64,000 nucleotides of DNA. It comes from Stylophora pistillata. Its lineage: Eukaryota. Both the position numbers and the translations under genes were made by a program. Shown here piece by piece: positions 48,559-61,001 of the stretch. Every line of letters begins with the position of its first letter. The stretch's first letter is position 1. The notes below the pieces were generated by a model. That model searched no databases. It saw only the letters and a list, made by a program, of their open reading frames with translations, and was not told where the DNA came from. Location of the stretch: the NCBI RefSeq assembly GCF_002571385.2, contig NW_019217786.1:75961-139960 (forward strand). Reading direction: 5' to 3'.

Positions 48559-49259
48559 GTGTCTTCAGTAGACACTAGAAACTTTTGCGCTTAATGGCCT
48601 TCTTTCAAGTAGAATCTTAATGAGTTCTTTTAACAGTTAATTCCGTTATGTGTCAGAGGTCGTTTTATTGTGCTTATATATTCCTCAATTGCTTTTCCCC
48701 GCTCAATTTTTCAAGCGTCTGTGATTGTTACAAACGTTAGCACTAACGGGTTCATTAACCGAATTCTTGCACCAGCTTGCTTTCATTTTAAGTACTCAAA
48801 ATTGCGTTCCGGAATGAAAGTTCATTTAGTATAACTAGAAAACAAAACAGCAGTGCAGTTAAAAAAAAATTGTACATAAATGTTTGTCAGCATGATTCAC
48901 ACTTTGTTCCAACCACCTGTTCCGAACCGTTCGATCTTGTTTTTATTTTACGTCAAAAAGTTCTCCATTGCTGTTATCTTTTAGACCATAATTTATTACT
49001 TTGTAGTTCGGCGAAATACTTCTTATGGTCAAGTAAATGTAATTCATTTGGAGAGGATTCTCCTCACCATTTACGTTTGTAGAGAAAATTCAACATTTTT
49101 GACAAAAGTGAGGTGGGTGTGTTTTGTCTGCGTGCAGCTTCCTGCAGACTGCATGTCTGTAACAATTATTTAACATTTTACTGCAAGAGAAAATAGCCCG
49201 CTGACCTACTTTTTCGTTTTGTTGCACTTCTGATGTTAACCCGACTTTAAACAGAAGCA

Positions 49260-49485
49260 TTAGTCCTGCCCAGGTCGCCTTCCGATCCCCTCCAATGGGT
49301 TCCTAACGGCCGACGAAAGCGAGGCTTCCCCCAAGAATCTTGGAGGAGAACCGTAGAAAGAGAAATGAGGGACAGAGCTTGGACATGGGAGCAGCTTGAC
49401 CGACTGGCAACTGACAGAAATCAATGGTGTTCTGTGGCCGAAGCCTTATGTGCATGGACGCACGAAGAGTCCTAACTTACTAACC
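49260..49485 (+). mobile_element. 5'-truncated RTE-clade LINE 3' end with 11-bp TSD
   Basis: Encodes LQWVPNGRRKRG/..ESWRRTVEREMRDRAWTWEQLDRLATDRNQWCSVAEALC, an RTE C-terminal signature, with a short (CTAA/CTTA) tail. TSD aaacagaagca at 49249-49259 and 49486-49496. Confidence 0.85.
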
Positions 49486-49999
49486 AAACAGAAGCACAGT
49501 TTGAACTTTGCAAGGCCCCTTTCCTTGCAACTTCATTGTTAGCACGCAAATAAAGGGTTAATCAAAAAAAGCAATAATGGACGGGAAGAGTGTACGAACT
49601 TGTTTTTCATAGACGAAGGATATGAAGGTTTTTAGTTTTTTTTCTTCTTTTTGACAGCCCCTCTTCAAATTGTCATCGCTTTTCCTCTTGCACTTTGACG
49701 TTTCGGTAATTAAGTTGCTTCTTTTTGTTTTCAAGTGGTTAAATAAGTCCTACATTTATGATCCTTTATCTTTAAAACCTGCCTCGAACTATGCTCTTTT
49801 CTCGTCTACACAATCTCTTTTTGTACGTTCCACGGGTCAACTGCTCTACACTTGGTGATCGGCTTTCGCTCATGCTGCTTCTGTCTTACGGAACTCGCTG
49901 CCGTTACCAATCAGATCCTGTAGCAGCCTAGCTACTTTTGAGAAACAAATCAAAACATTTCTTTTTAGGAGAGCGTTCAGCGCTAGTTTATAATACTTA

Positions 50000-50231
50000 T
50001 TAGTATAATTTCAGAGCTGAACAAAGAGTTTCCAGCAATCTGATTGGTCGAGCGTTCCTTATATGACGCTATATAAACCGCTCCGCGCGGTTTATATAAA
50101 ATGTTAAACTAAAATGTTAATAAATGTTACTAAAATGTTATGATTTTAGAAATTTCTCTGTTGTTCAGCTCTGAAATTACACTAAAACAATTATTCGCCT
50201 CAGGTTCGGTGAATATTGTCGAATAATTGTT
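50000..50231. mobile_element. Non-autonomous element: IR-bounded segment plus terminal hairpin
   Basis: ttagtataatttcagagctgaacaa (~50000) pairs with ttgttcagctctgaaattacactaa (~50161-50185), followed by the hairpin aacaattattcg...cgaataattgtt. Confidence 0.7.
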
Positions 50232-50381
50232 AAATGTAATGTGAAGCGGTTTTGAATTTTAAATAGTTCTAGCGCTATAATCAACTGTTTTATATAATAA
50301 TTGATAGCTAAAGGAAAGGCACACTACGCACACTATATTGAAAACAACATTATCGACAAGCACGAATCGAATGGTATTCTG

Positions 50382-51419
50382 TCAACTCTGACTCGAAGTA
50401 CCCGGGTTGGTCAATTCGGTGACTCTGTTTTCATCTCCCTTGATGCACCGAGGGAACAGTGAAAGTAGAATCTGCTTGTAACCTCGGCGGTATTTTCCAT
50501 TGCTCAGCCCGTAGATAAACGGGTTCAAACAGCTGTTGATCAACGCCAAGAGGGAGAGGACGTGGTGTAGTGTGTTGTCTAGTTTTGTTTTCCCCACCAC
50601 TGCCAGGGTGTAGTTAATCTGAGACGGTGCGAAGCAGATTATAAGTGCTAAAGAAGCCACCCCAACCATACGCGTTATTTTCCCGCGCAGTTTAGCCTTT
50701 CCCTCGGCTGAGGCGACTGTTGATCTGCTTGCTTTATGAACCATGTGAATGAACAGGAACAACACGGTCAGGCACGGAAACGCCATTTTGAAAAAGGTTT
50801 GAATGACTGCCACGATGTTGCGGACTGTTTGATTGACCGAGCCAAAGTTCCATTTGCATCGGCTATTTGGGGGATTCGACGAAACGTAGGAGAGTTCAAA
50901 CAAACTTGAAGCACAAAGGATAATCGACCACAGCCACACGAGGACAATGTAAACGAGTGTGCGCTTCTTGTTGAAGACCTGTTTGTACTGTTGAGGCTTG
51001 ACAACTGCAAACCAACGCTCCGTTGCCAAAGCCGCCCAGATGTAGGCAGAAAAAACCACCATCTGGAAGAGAAACGTACGACTCCAAATAACACGACAGA
51101 AGACATCGCCCAAGACGTGATTGGTCGGATAAGGAAACGCGTCTCCAAGGACCAAAGCTGGGTTTGTGACGAGCATCAAGGCGGTGAGAACATCAGATAT
51201 AGCCAAGCATAGAATCAACATGTTGTAGGATTTCTTCAACAACTTTGCTCTGTTCAGAAGGAGAAGGAGAATGACAAGCAGATTCCCAAGAAAGGCCACC
51301 GTGGCGATAATAAGGCAAGTTGTCTGAGTGTAGAGTGATCTTCCAATCTCTACGTCTCTTGCTGGCGCAGCAGAGGAAATGGTTGTCGAAGCATTCGATG
51401 AACCATTTGTAGAATTCAT
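50382..51419 (-). CDS. Rhodopsin-family (class A) GPCR with intronless CDS, peptide-receptor-like (allatostatin-A/galanin-receptor-like), 345 aa
   Basis: Seven hydrophobic segments. N-terminal N-glycosylation sequons (NST, NGS, NAS); TM1 GN; TM2 LAISD; TM3 Cys and ERW; TM4 W; ECL2 Cys; TM5 P; TM6 CFAP; TM7 NSCLNPFIY; helix 8 YRRGY. The subfamily label is only a resemblance. Confidence 0.93.
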   Translation of the reverse strand: MNSTNGSSNASTTISSAAPARDVEIGRSLYTQTTCLIIATVAFLGNLLVILLLLLNRAKLLKKSYNMLILCLAISDVLTALMLVTNPALVLGDAFPYPTNHVLGDVFCRVIWSRTFLFQMVVFSAYIWAALATERWFAVVKPQQYKQVFNKKRTLVYIVLVWLWSIILCASSLFELSYVSSNPPNSRCKWNFGSVNQTVRNIVAVIQTFFKMAFPCLTVLFLFIHMVHKASRSTVASAEGKAKLRGKITRMVGVASLALIICFAPSQINYTLAVVGKTKLDNTLHHVLSLLALINSCLNPFIYGLSNGKYRRGYKQILLSLFPRCIKGDENRVTELTNPGTSSQS

Positions 51420-52199
51420 ATTTGCACATTACTCGCGTTGGGTCTAGTTGGTGAAAAAGATAAAAGGTTGTGTAAGGCTCATTTAACCCTTTAACTCCCA
51501 GAGGAGATGAAAAAAGAATTTCCCCCTTTAATATCAATACATTTTCCTATGTGATGATAGGGTTGTCGCACCCAAACTGGGAAACTGAACCTTCGTGGAC
51601 GGCACAGCAATAACTGGGGGAAAATAACTCGGTAGAGACCACTCGGCAGCGAGAACGGAAACTCGTCACAATTTCCTGGCACAAGGAGATGTACTTCGAG
51701 CGAGCTTATACGGACGTCTAGGATGAGACAGCGTTTGGTTCCATAGTAAACTTTATTCTAGGTCAGGCCAACAACTGACATGACCTTTTGCGTACTCAAG
51801 TTCGTAATCATCAAAACTGTACAAGGTAGTTGCTTATCAACTAACTGGTGTGAAGCGCTATATATTGTTATCCAAATCGACCATATTTGAACAGCATAAC
51901 AAAAGAAGCGGTAAAGATCTCTTTGAAGTCAAACGAAAGCTACTTAAATATTCCCATCTGTTCCTACGACGAAAACAATTTAAAATTAAAAGGACGGATG
52001 CAATAAACTCGAGGCCATTAAAAATAGGAGAGACTTAGGTGAGAATTCACAGCTCTGGTATAGAAAATATACCTATCTTAATTGGAATAGCTCAGATTAG
52101 GAAATAAGAGTGGAAAAGTAACTAAAAGTTTCTGCTTATCCATGCAAGGTTGGTGTGGAAACTATCGTATGAAAGGAAATTAGAATTACGAGTATAAAC

Positions 52200-52590
52200 T
52201 CAGCTGCCAACTACCACGAGAACTAATCTCGCCTGAAAGACCATTAACACTTATATTCTAAGCAACATGACAATCTGCGCTCTTTCCTTACATTTAGGTA
52301 GCTCGGAAAGCCGCAAAACTCTTAAACAAAAGTTTATCTTTCAAATCGGCACTCTTAATCCCACAGGTATCAACGAACGCTTTTGATTCGACTAATTCAT
52401 TCGTGTTTTTCTCGTCGCCAAGTTCCCATCAATAGCGTAGCTCCACTTTCTGCATATAAACCCACACACAACCCACAATTCCTCCATTCAATCTTACGAA
52501 GGGCTGACGCTAACTCGAAACGTCACCTTTTTAACCCTTTACGGTGGCCAATTTACAATTTCAACTCAGTTGATATTACCAAATATTGAA
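52200..52590 (+). mobile_element. Penelope-like element 3' fragment (end of GIY-YIG region plus terminal repeat)
   Basis: Reads RKTLKQKFIFQIGTLNPTGINERF, matching the E..I..L.T..P.G.N C-terminal motif of Penelope GIY-YIG domains, followed by a gaagggct..cgaaacgtc motif. Confidence 0.75.
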
Positions 52591-54120
52591 AATTTACTTG
52601 TGGCTTTCTATCTTTTTAAAACATCCCAATGAAAGAAACTTGCATGAATTGTGAACGCTAAAATTCCGAAAACAACGCCGGAATAAATATGCTTCAACAT
52701 CCCCAGGGAAAATCACTAAATTTTCCCGTAACACCTACAAACAGGTGATGAGAATGCTAAAACATGAATTTCAATCAAATCTGAAGATCCGATTGTAAAC
52801 ACTCCCCTCTAGCTGCTACACATTTCCTTGCAATTAAATGAAGTTCACATGATTTTCTCTCACGGAATCATTTTCGTCTCATTCTGCCTCAATCCTCAAC
52901 ATTACCGATACTAACAGTAAAGAAAACAAATATGTGCTCAGTTATATCCTTTCGTGGGTGCTTTAATCTTGCGGTGATTGGCCATCATGATGGAGAACGA
53001 AAAAGAAGAATATGCCCCATCAGGCCAGGGATTCAGTTTTAACATTTTTTCCTCACAGGTACCAAAGACCATACTCCACTTTTTTTACCTTTAATGTTTC
53101 AATTTCCCTCAAAAATGAATAAATCATAATAATTGTCGGTATGATCCTAGGACTTTGGTATAATGGGACGATCATCACCTGTTCTAAGATAACCGTGTTT
53201 TTTGGCTTTTTTTTGGTCTTTTCATTCTCGGTAAATGCAAACCAATAAACCAAATTACCTTTATCAAGGTGTCTGAGATTAAAATTTACTTACCTAAACT
53301 AAGAGAAACACTGGTTTGGACCTCTCAGTTCTGTGCGATGATAATTCGCTTACACTTTATTTTCATGAACTCGTCCATCTGCGAGTGTTTCGCGGTTTTT
53401 ATACTAGCCTCTTTTTTGGGAGGTAATAAAAAGAAATTAAAATTGTGAAATCCTGACAGAGTTGTTCGGATGTGATTGAATAAAAGTTAAGTGTTACAAC
53501 AAAGAAGTAACCAGAAAAAAATCCCTTTTTTTGTTTTTTACAGATGTTAACTTGAAACTCTTTCTCAGGGGTGTTACAGTTTAAATTGATTTACTAAACT
53601 CGCCCACGCAACCCTGGACGTTTTATTTTGAATATTTTGTGGTGTTATTACTATCATCAGTATCATTATGTTCCTATGATATTTAAATCATATACCTGTC
53701 CGTTGTTTACGAGTAAAACCAAACTCATCTAGTCCTTACTTGTCAGATACGTAGTTTATGGCTTTCAATTTTAATTGATATGGTTAACTGTGTTTATTTT
53801 TTCTGATCTCAGAAAAAACGTATCTTCCAGACTAGCCATCAAAACCACTTTTTCTCAATCTTCGGTGTCATTCCAAAAAAAAAAAAAAAGTTTTTCTCAG
53901 ACCATTGATTTACCTACTGCAGTGAGTGAACATTTAACAATTTGCTGCATGAAATTACCTTACGCTGCACAAGCCTCCTATCTAGCGGATCAAAGTAGTA
54001 CTTAACTTGTGACAAAATACTAAGACATGGACAACTGCTAATAGATTTACACCAATTTCGCCGAGCGATACCCATTTGCGCTAAAAAAAGTCATTAAGTC
54101 GGGAGATCATAAACCAGAGC

Positions 54121-55365
54121 TTAAAGTGCTACTGAGACGAAATCAAAATTGATGTTCTTCAAAACAAATTTTTTATGCCGACAATTTAAGTTTAGATCCT
54201 AAACAAAAAGAAAAAAATACAATTCAGACCTATCGCGGCAAGAAAAGTCCGAAAAATTTTTGAATAAAACTCACTAAATTTCGTCCGCCAATGCTCAAAC
54301 CACAGGGGGCCCATACAATCTGTTTGTGAAGCCGATTGTTATTTTATAGTGAACGTACCAGATTTACCGTTTGCCTCGCCCATAGTGATATATTGCTGAC
54401 TATGTATATAAATCAATGATAAATAAACGTTGAATTACTTTACCTGTGGTGTATAGTCGTCCTTTTGCCTCAAAAAATGATTTTTTGAGCGATTTTGAAT
54501 AAGTTTGAGTTCGTCGTTAATGTAACGAATTAAAAGAAAGACAAAGGTGGAATCCTTGTTCTGAAAGACTTCCAGCGCTCGAGCAATTTTTTCCCCGAAA
54601 ATCGCATTGCTCCGCTTTCAAACTTCGCAGCATTAAGGTCCAAAGATTCACGATTCTCCTCATACCTTCCAATCGAAAATTCATCCAAACGGACCGGAGC
54701 TAGCCCTAGAAGAAAATCAAAATGCCACAGTATTAGAGCGTCTGGGATGCGTTGCAAGATTCTCATGTGCCAGCCAGAAACCTTCATGAGGTTTCCCTTT
54801 TCTGATTGGACGAGGTTAAACGATGACCAATTCATGGCCAGCTGAAAAGTGTTTTCCATATTCTAGGAATGGCACCCGGGGCAATCCTTTTTCATGTCTA
54901 ATCTACGTCGATACTCCTTTCGGGTGGAGGTTTGAGCGATGTAGGCGTACGAATGCCATCCATTAGCTTTCGTAACTATTTCGTTTGGCCTGTGTAGCGA
55001 TATTTCAGCAATCGTATTAAAGAATAATTGCCCAATCCTGCATAACACAACTCTGTAGGGTGCCATTTCCGGCCTCAAAACGACGATTAGACACTCCTAG
55101 AACTATTCAAGTACAACAATCTCCGTCCATTTTTTGGTTAAGAGCCTGCGCGAAAGTTTAGGGGATATTGACTATGAAGTCACAGACTTACGCGCGGCCA
55201 TTTCGCAGTTTGAGTAACGGCGGACGTCGAATCGAGGAAAGCAAGTCTAAAAGAGACAGACTTCCACTTCGAGTTTTCATTCCAAATTTCGTGAGAGTGG
55301 TAAGTAAGGATTCTAAAATGTGAAAAATCTGGCAAACGCTAAATTTGGTCTTAGTAGCACTTTAA
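54121..55365 (-). mobile_element. Kolobok-like DNA transposon derivative (~1.25 kb) with decayed THAP-domain ORF
   Basis: TTAA at both ends. TIR agtgctactgagacgaaat / atttggtcttagtagcact has AG..CT termini. The minus strand at 55066-54850 gives the frameshifted MAPYR/CVMQD..ISLHRP../WMAFVRLHRSNLHPKG../PGAIPRIWK. Confidence 0.75.
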
Positions 55366-56024
55366 ACTGGATACACTGATGATCTCAAAGAAATAACTCA
55401 ATTCCTCTTTACTCATCCCTTACGAGACAAAAATCAGAAGAAAGGAGAAAATCCTTTGTGTATTCAACGACTTCCCCCCCGACGCTGTAATCTGCAGTTA
55501 GTCTTTTTTGTTATAAGTTTGACTCTTATTTCTCTAATTTATTTATTTATTTGACGTGTTCTTTTTAATCAGTCATGATCGAATTTAGATTGATAAACTT
55601 TTTTGAAGAGATCGTCGAACTTCGCTAGTAAGAGGTAACCAGTAGTAAGCCACTTCACAGCATTTGAAATGAAATCTCCACTTCAAAGAAATTTATCACT
55701 TGGCCGCCGTATTTTCTATCTTATACAGAATGGTAATTGAACCGGGTGGAGTGCAATTCGGACTGAAACCATACGCGTGATTGCAAAATCAAACGAGCTC
55801 GCAGCAAGAATCACAAGTATGATTTTAGAACAAAAAATGTTGCGCTACACGAAGTTAAATTACCACTTCATTACCTGATTTTGAACTGAAAAATACAGGA
55901 ATTTTTAGTCTCTACAAATATTTTATTGATGCAGCGTTGAGCTGGCTTGTAAAAAGTTGTAAAAGCTGTCTTTCATTTTCCTGCAATTCAGTTGCTCAGT
56001 TTAAACAAGCCTTGAAATCTAGAT

Positions 56025-56276
56025 CAGGGCCCAGTTGCTCGAAGGCCGATTAGCGCAAACCCAGAGTTAAATTTTAATCCAGTTTTCTATATTTCTTTGC
56101 ATGTTCAAAAGCCGTTTCGGGACAATTTTCCCAATTCTTTTTAGAGCACTCAATCATCAAATTGTAGACAAATGGAATTAAACTGAACTTTCTTTTAAAG
56201 CTTCTAGATCTGAAATCAAATTTCACACTAACCCTAGCTGGGTTATCTTAACTCACCTTTGAACAACCCGGCCCTG
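56025..56276. mobile_element. MITE nested in an older repeat (~55725-56420)
   Basis: TIR cagggcccagttgctcgaa / ttgaacaacccggccctg, flanked by AT on both sides. Confidence 0.7.
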
Positions 56277-56971
56277 ATTGGCTGTTGTGTTTTAGTATAG
56301 CTTTCTGACTGGCTGAGAAAAAGATGCGATATAGAGCATAAAATGGTTCGATTCGTGAATAAATCGCACCAATGAGAGCCAATAAAATTACAAGGATCAC
56401 CAGTGATCCCAAAATGGATGCAATAAATTAAAATAATTCTAGACCATTTTTTGTGGTAAACCATGGACTTATATCACTTGTCTGTGGTATTTTTGTGGCT
56501 CCTGCCTCCTCTCTCATGGGGATCTAGTTGAGTGAGTTAGTGATGGAAAGTAAGGATAGAAATCCTAACTTGACCTAGTTTTAACCGATGTTTTCCCGGT
56601 GCCACTTATTGTTTTTGTCGGAGTATCTAATTTGTTCGAAATTCGCACTCGATACATATTTGAGTTCTCTCCTTTTGTGATTTCTGGCTTATCACCAACA
56701 GCGCATCATACCGATTTTCATTTCTTGCTGTGACACTACAAAAGACAAGAACGTCTCAAAATAATTTCAATCTTGTAATTTTCATTCCGAAATGAAAAAA
56801 ACTTCTCGCAAATATCTAAGTACGTGGGATCTGCACATCATGGAAACTGAGGAAACTTTTTTTACTTCGAACAGAGAGCATCATTTATCGTTTGAATTAG
56901 CGACATATGCACAAAAGAGCCGCTAAATTTGCGAAGCGAGCAAGGTCCAAAAAACAATACCTAGGCCCTAT

Positions 56972-57420
56972 TGCTAGACACAAGCCGCCGATTTGCAATT
57001 TTGGACACTAGTGACCGATTTCCGATTTCGGACATTAGTGGCCTATTTGTGATTTGGACACTAGTGACCGATTTGCGATTTTAGAGACTAGTGCCGGCCG
57101 ACTTGCGATTTTGGACACTAGTGGCCGATCTGTGATGTTGGACACTAGTGATCGACTTTGGATTTTGGACGCTGGTGGCCGCTTTGCGATTTCGGACGTT
57201 CGTGGCCGATGATGGATTTTGGACACCAGTGGCCGATTTGCCATTTTGGCTACTAGTAGCTGATTTCAAATTTTGAACACTAGTGTCCGATCGATCTATT
57301 TGCCATTTTGGATACTGATGGCCAATTTGCGATTTTGGACATTAGTGGATACACTGGACGATTTGCGATTTAAACACAAGTGGCTGATTTGCTATTTTGG
57401 ACATGAGTTGCCGATTTGCG
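56972..57420. repeat. ~27-bp minisatellite (ttttggacactagtggccgatttgcga), about 16 diverged copies
   Basis: Direct reading. It is the source of the repetitive ORFs at 57035-57269. Confidence 0.9.
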
Positions 57421-57464
57421 GGGCTGTGTTAACCGGGGGCGCTTCTCCTATTTGGGGCTCTTTG

Positions 57465-57690
57465 CTTATATTACTTGCTTGTGTGTTTACTTGATTTTAT
57501 TTACTTACTCGAGGTGCTGCACTTACTTGAGGCGCTTTTTCTACTTTACCTGTTTTGCTTACATGAGATGGTTTGCTTACTGACTTGGAGTGCTTTGTTT
57601 TCTCTCGGTGCTTCGCTTAGTTGGGGCGCTTCGCTTACCTGAGGTGCTTTGCCTTCTTACCTGCTTTGCCTACTCAAGGTGCTTTCCTAT
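57465..57690. repeat. Degenerate short tandem repeat (gtgcttcgcttacttgag-like)
   Basis: Recurring gcttact/ggtgctt units. Confidence 0.65.
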
Positions 57691-58000
57691 ATGAGTTCTA
57701 CAGATACTAAAGAGTTGTGTCTAAATTTCTAATGTATATTCAAAGGCTAAAATCATTATTAGTTCTACTTGGGGATTTTTCTCTTTATTAATATGAACCT
57801 AATGCCAGTCACCGTTCCAAGCCAAAACGTATCTCCTTGTGTCTTAGTTTGTTTTTTTGTTTTATGCGTTTTGTTTCAGTTGTTGTTGTTGTTGTTGTTG
57901 CGGTAGCCTTGGAGCAGACGCCTTGTTCATTAAAGTAAGTTGGTAGCAAAACCGATACTAGAGACCATGTTATTTCTCTTAGTTTGGGAGATTCGAAATT

Positions 58001-58357
58001 AACCAGTGTGGCTGGCGGGCTTACGAGCAGTAAAGAAATTGGCTGGCTCCTTCAGAAGCTGGCAAATATTCTCAGACAGTGGCCATCGTGCGTATAATTA
58101 GTAGTTATTATTCGTGCTCGTGTGTCGTTGTGCCCAGTGTTTCGCAGTGACTGAGCTTGCCTTCGTAGTAAGAAAAAGTAAAATTGCATGTTGATCGAAA
58201 TATAATATAATCTCGACAGAAAAGGAAACGAGTTTTACTTCATGGGGCGAAGTCGCACGGGCGGTAGCCTGGGGGGCAAAACCTCCAGTTGTCGATTGCT
58301 TAGCGCACAGAAAGGCCATATTAAAGCTCACGATAAGCCTCCAGCCACGCAGGCTTG
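58001..58357. mobile_element. Degenerate MITE-like element
   Basis: gtgtggctgg near the left end pairs with ccagccacgc(aggct) at the right end. Confidence 0.45.
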
Positions 58358-61001
58358 CTAAAAAGTGAACACTGACTTGCTAGGCATTCCCCAGCTGACC
58401 AATAAAAATGCTTGAAAGCACCAATTCGCATGTAAGGTATACTATGATAAACATTGATCTTTAAAAATAAAATCTGCCTATTCGAGTGGGAGATTTTACG
58501 TAGCAGTACATTTTAACAGTAACAGCTATCGGTTCAAGTTATGAATGCTATAGGTGGAGCAGTTTGTTCCCTTTACTTGAGAAGTACTTTACCGAATATG
58601 TTGAGTATATCCACCATGATTTTCTTTTAATTAAATATTTTGGGAACAGATCGAAAGTCGTGCGTTCCTGAAATTTCCGATCATGCATCAAGACTAGTAG
58701 GGAATGACAATAAAAAAGAAAAGACAATTAAAACAATTGAGATCATATAAATTTCATATTACTATTATCAAACGGTCGAATTATTGTGGAAGTATATTAC
58801 GTATGGGAGCACAGGGGGAGCACTACAGTCGAGGATAGGAATAAGAGTCCCCCCCCCCCCCCATCACTGCCTCTCCATTCACATCTTCTGCAAAGCAGTA
58901 ACTCAATGCAATAATTCTGCCCAGGTTGGCGAACCACACGAAAACATTTCATACTCTGCCAGAATCAATCAAATTGAAGAGGAAGTTTTTAAGTTCTCTG
59001 CTCTCGCGCTGCGAAAAACTCAAAACATGAGAGTCAAACACTCAGCATTAACCGTGCATAACAACTATACATGCGCGAAATTCTAACTTTGAATAAGACA
59101 TAAATATTTAATGGTTCTTTGTATTTAATTTGAATACATTCCTGACTCCAAAGTACCTTTCTTAGACAAATTAATTTGCTGAAAGAATTGACAGTTTCTA
59201 TTCGTGTTTCGCAGTTGGACCCCCCCGGTCTCTTCGGCTGCGACTCCGCAAGAGAAAAAGATTAACGCGCTAGTCTACACGGCCTTAAACATACAAAACC
59301 TGACTATTTCCATCTTGCCTGTCACTAATTATTATCCTCTATGGTTGTGCTCATCAACCAATTCAAAATAATAAGAAATATTAATAGTATTTCTTATTAT
59401 TAATTCAAAATCGGCTAATGAACGTCAGAGGTCATGATTGTCTCTGTTAATTAACTATTTGAGCCGAGGTTGTTTAATTATGTATGTTAGAAAAGGAGGA
59501 AGATGTGTTTGCAACCATAGTGACAGCCCCGAACAAACCCAAACTGGATGATAGTCCTTCAGTCACGCTCTAAAAAGCAGCAGTTGTTTAAGATCTTTGG
59601 AGAGCTTCACTCATCGTCTGTTTATAATATAACGAGAGGTCAGTCTTAATAATACATTTCTTAAACTGTGAGAAATAACTTATTCTATCTGTTAAGAGAA
59701 TTCAAGCTGCCTGAATCGATAGTCAGTTACAAGTCGTCAAGGCTGAATGAGTCTATCTGAGCAAAAACGTTAGACATAGCATTGATCCAAAGATTATACA
59801 CTTCCGTGAACAAGAGCAATGTTTGGATTGTCGATCAGGTTTGGAAGGTGTATATCTTACGAATATTCCGGCTGAAATTTTGTTCTCAGTTTTAGCTCTA
59901 ACTGTGGTTGATATTTTATATTTTCAAAAACGTTTAAATTATTAAACATTTTTGAGTCTCAATGCGGTTGGAGGCATAAAAAGTCTTTACATCCCTTTGT
60001 TATTGGACTCACCTGCGTTGAATGTCACGGTGCAATAACTTCGTACTTCGCCCTTGTTTCCATATCTCTTTTGATCACCAACCAGGAAAATTATATTGTT
60101 TCTCAGTAAGGCGGAACTGTTTCAGTAACAATGCTGTGACGTTCTGAAAGGAATTCAATGAAAAATAAAAATTCTTGATCGTAATCAGGAATTCAGGCCA
60201 ATATTTTGATATCCTGATGACGTTGTTTAATTTTAAATTACGGGCGTTGAAAACCAAAAACAAAAAATAGCTATAAATGTGTATGAAAATTGATATTTTA
60301 AAAATTAGAAATAGAAATAGTAGATTGCATAGGATCATATATCAACGAATAAATGGGTGGTTTGTGTGGTTAGTACCTCGAGCAACAGACCTAGAATCAG
60401 GGCCTGAATAAATTTAAAACTGAATGTTTTTTTCTTCATATGATTAGATTACAGTTTTGAGAAACGTTCGGTTACAGCGGCCAAAACTATGTCTTCATTT
60501 TTTTAATATACTTTGCTAAGAAGTCTAGAATCTATGGCTTCTTCAATGGGCGAAGTGTTGTGGAAGTCTAGCTAGCGGAGAATGAAAGTTTAAGAAATAA
60601 ATTGAAACCCCGCAAAACCACTTGACCACAACCTTTTGACGCAGATAAAGGTTGCATCTCGAGACTCAAAACTGGGCGCAGAGTCATCTTCTTAATGTCT
60701 ATTCTTGTTCCTGTTTGTAATCTTCATCTCTTTACTTTTAGACTGCTCCGTGAAAGTACTCTAACGTCACAACCCAAAATAACGTGACCCATAATGCCTT
60801 GAAGGTTCAAAGAAATGCTTGACAACCTTGGAGGATGAGTAACAGAAGCAGTGAGTATTTGCATAGTTCACAGAAGATTTGTATTGCGTTACGACGGAAA
60901 TTCCAGGCCGCCCTTGCTAACATCATTCTATTTACGTATCTTGCACTCCTTGCTCTCGCTGTAGGTAGTAGTTATCGTTGTGTCCTCGGCTCCTTGAAAA
61001 C

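Noticed and set aside
50768-51212. Extra ORFs overlapping the GPCR
   Set aside because: Alternative-frame or antisense shadows of a GC-richer coding sequence, with no recognisable motifs.
48219-51456. Identical 13-mer (tttcaccaactag) at the dynein last-exon acceptor and at the GPCR upstream acceptor on the opposite strand
   Set aside because: The similarity does not extend and both sites are constrained acceptors; most likely chance.
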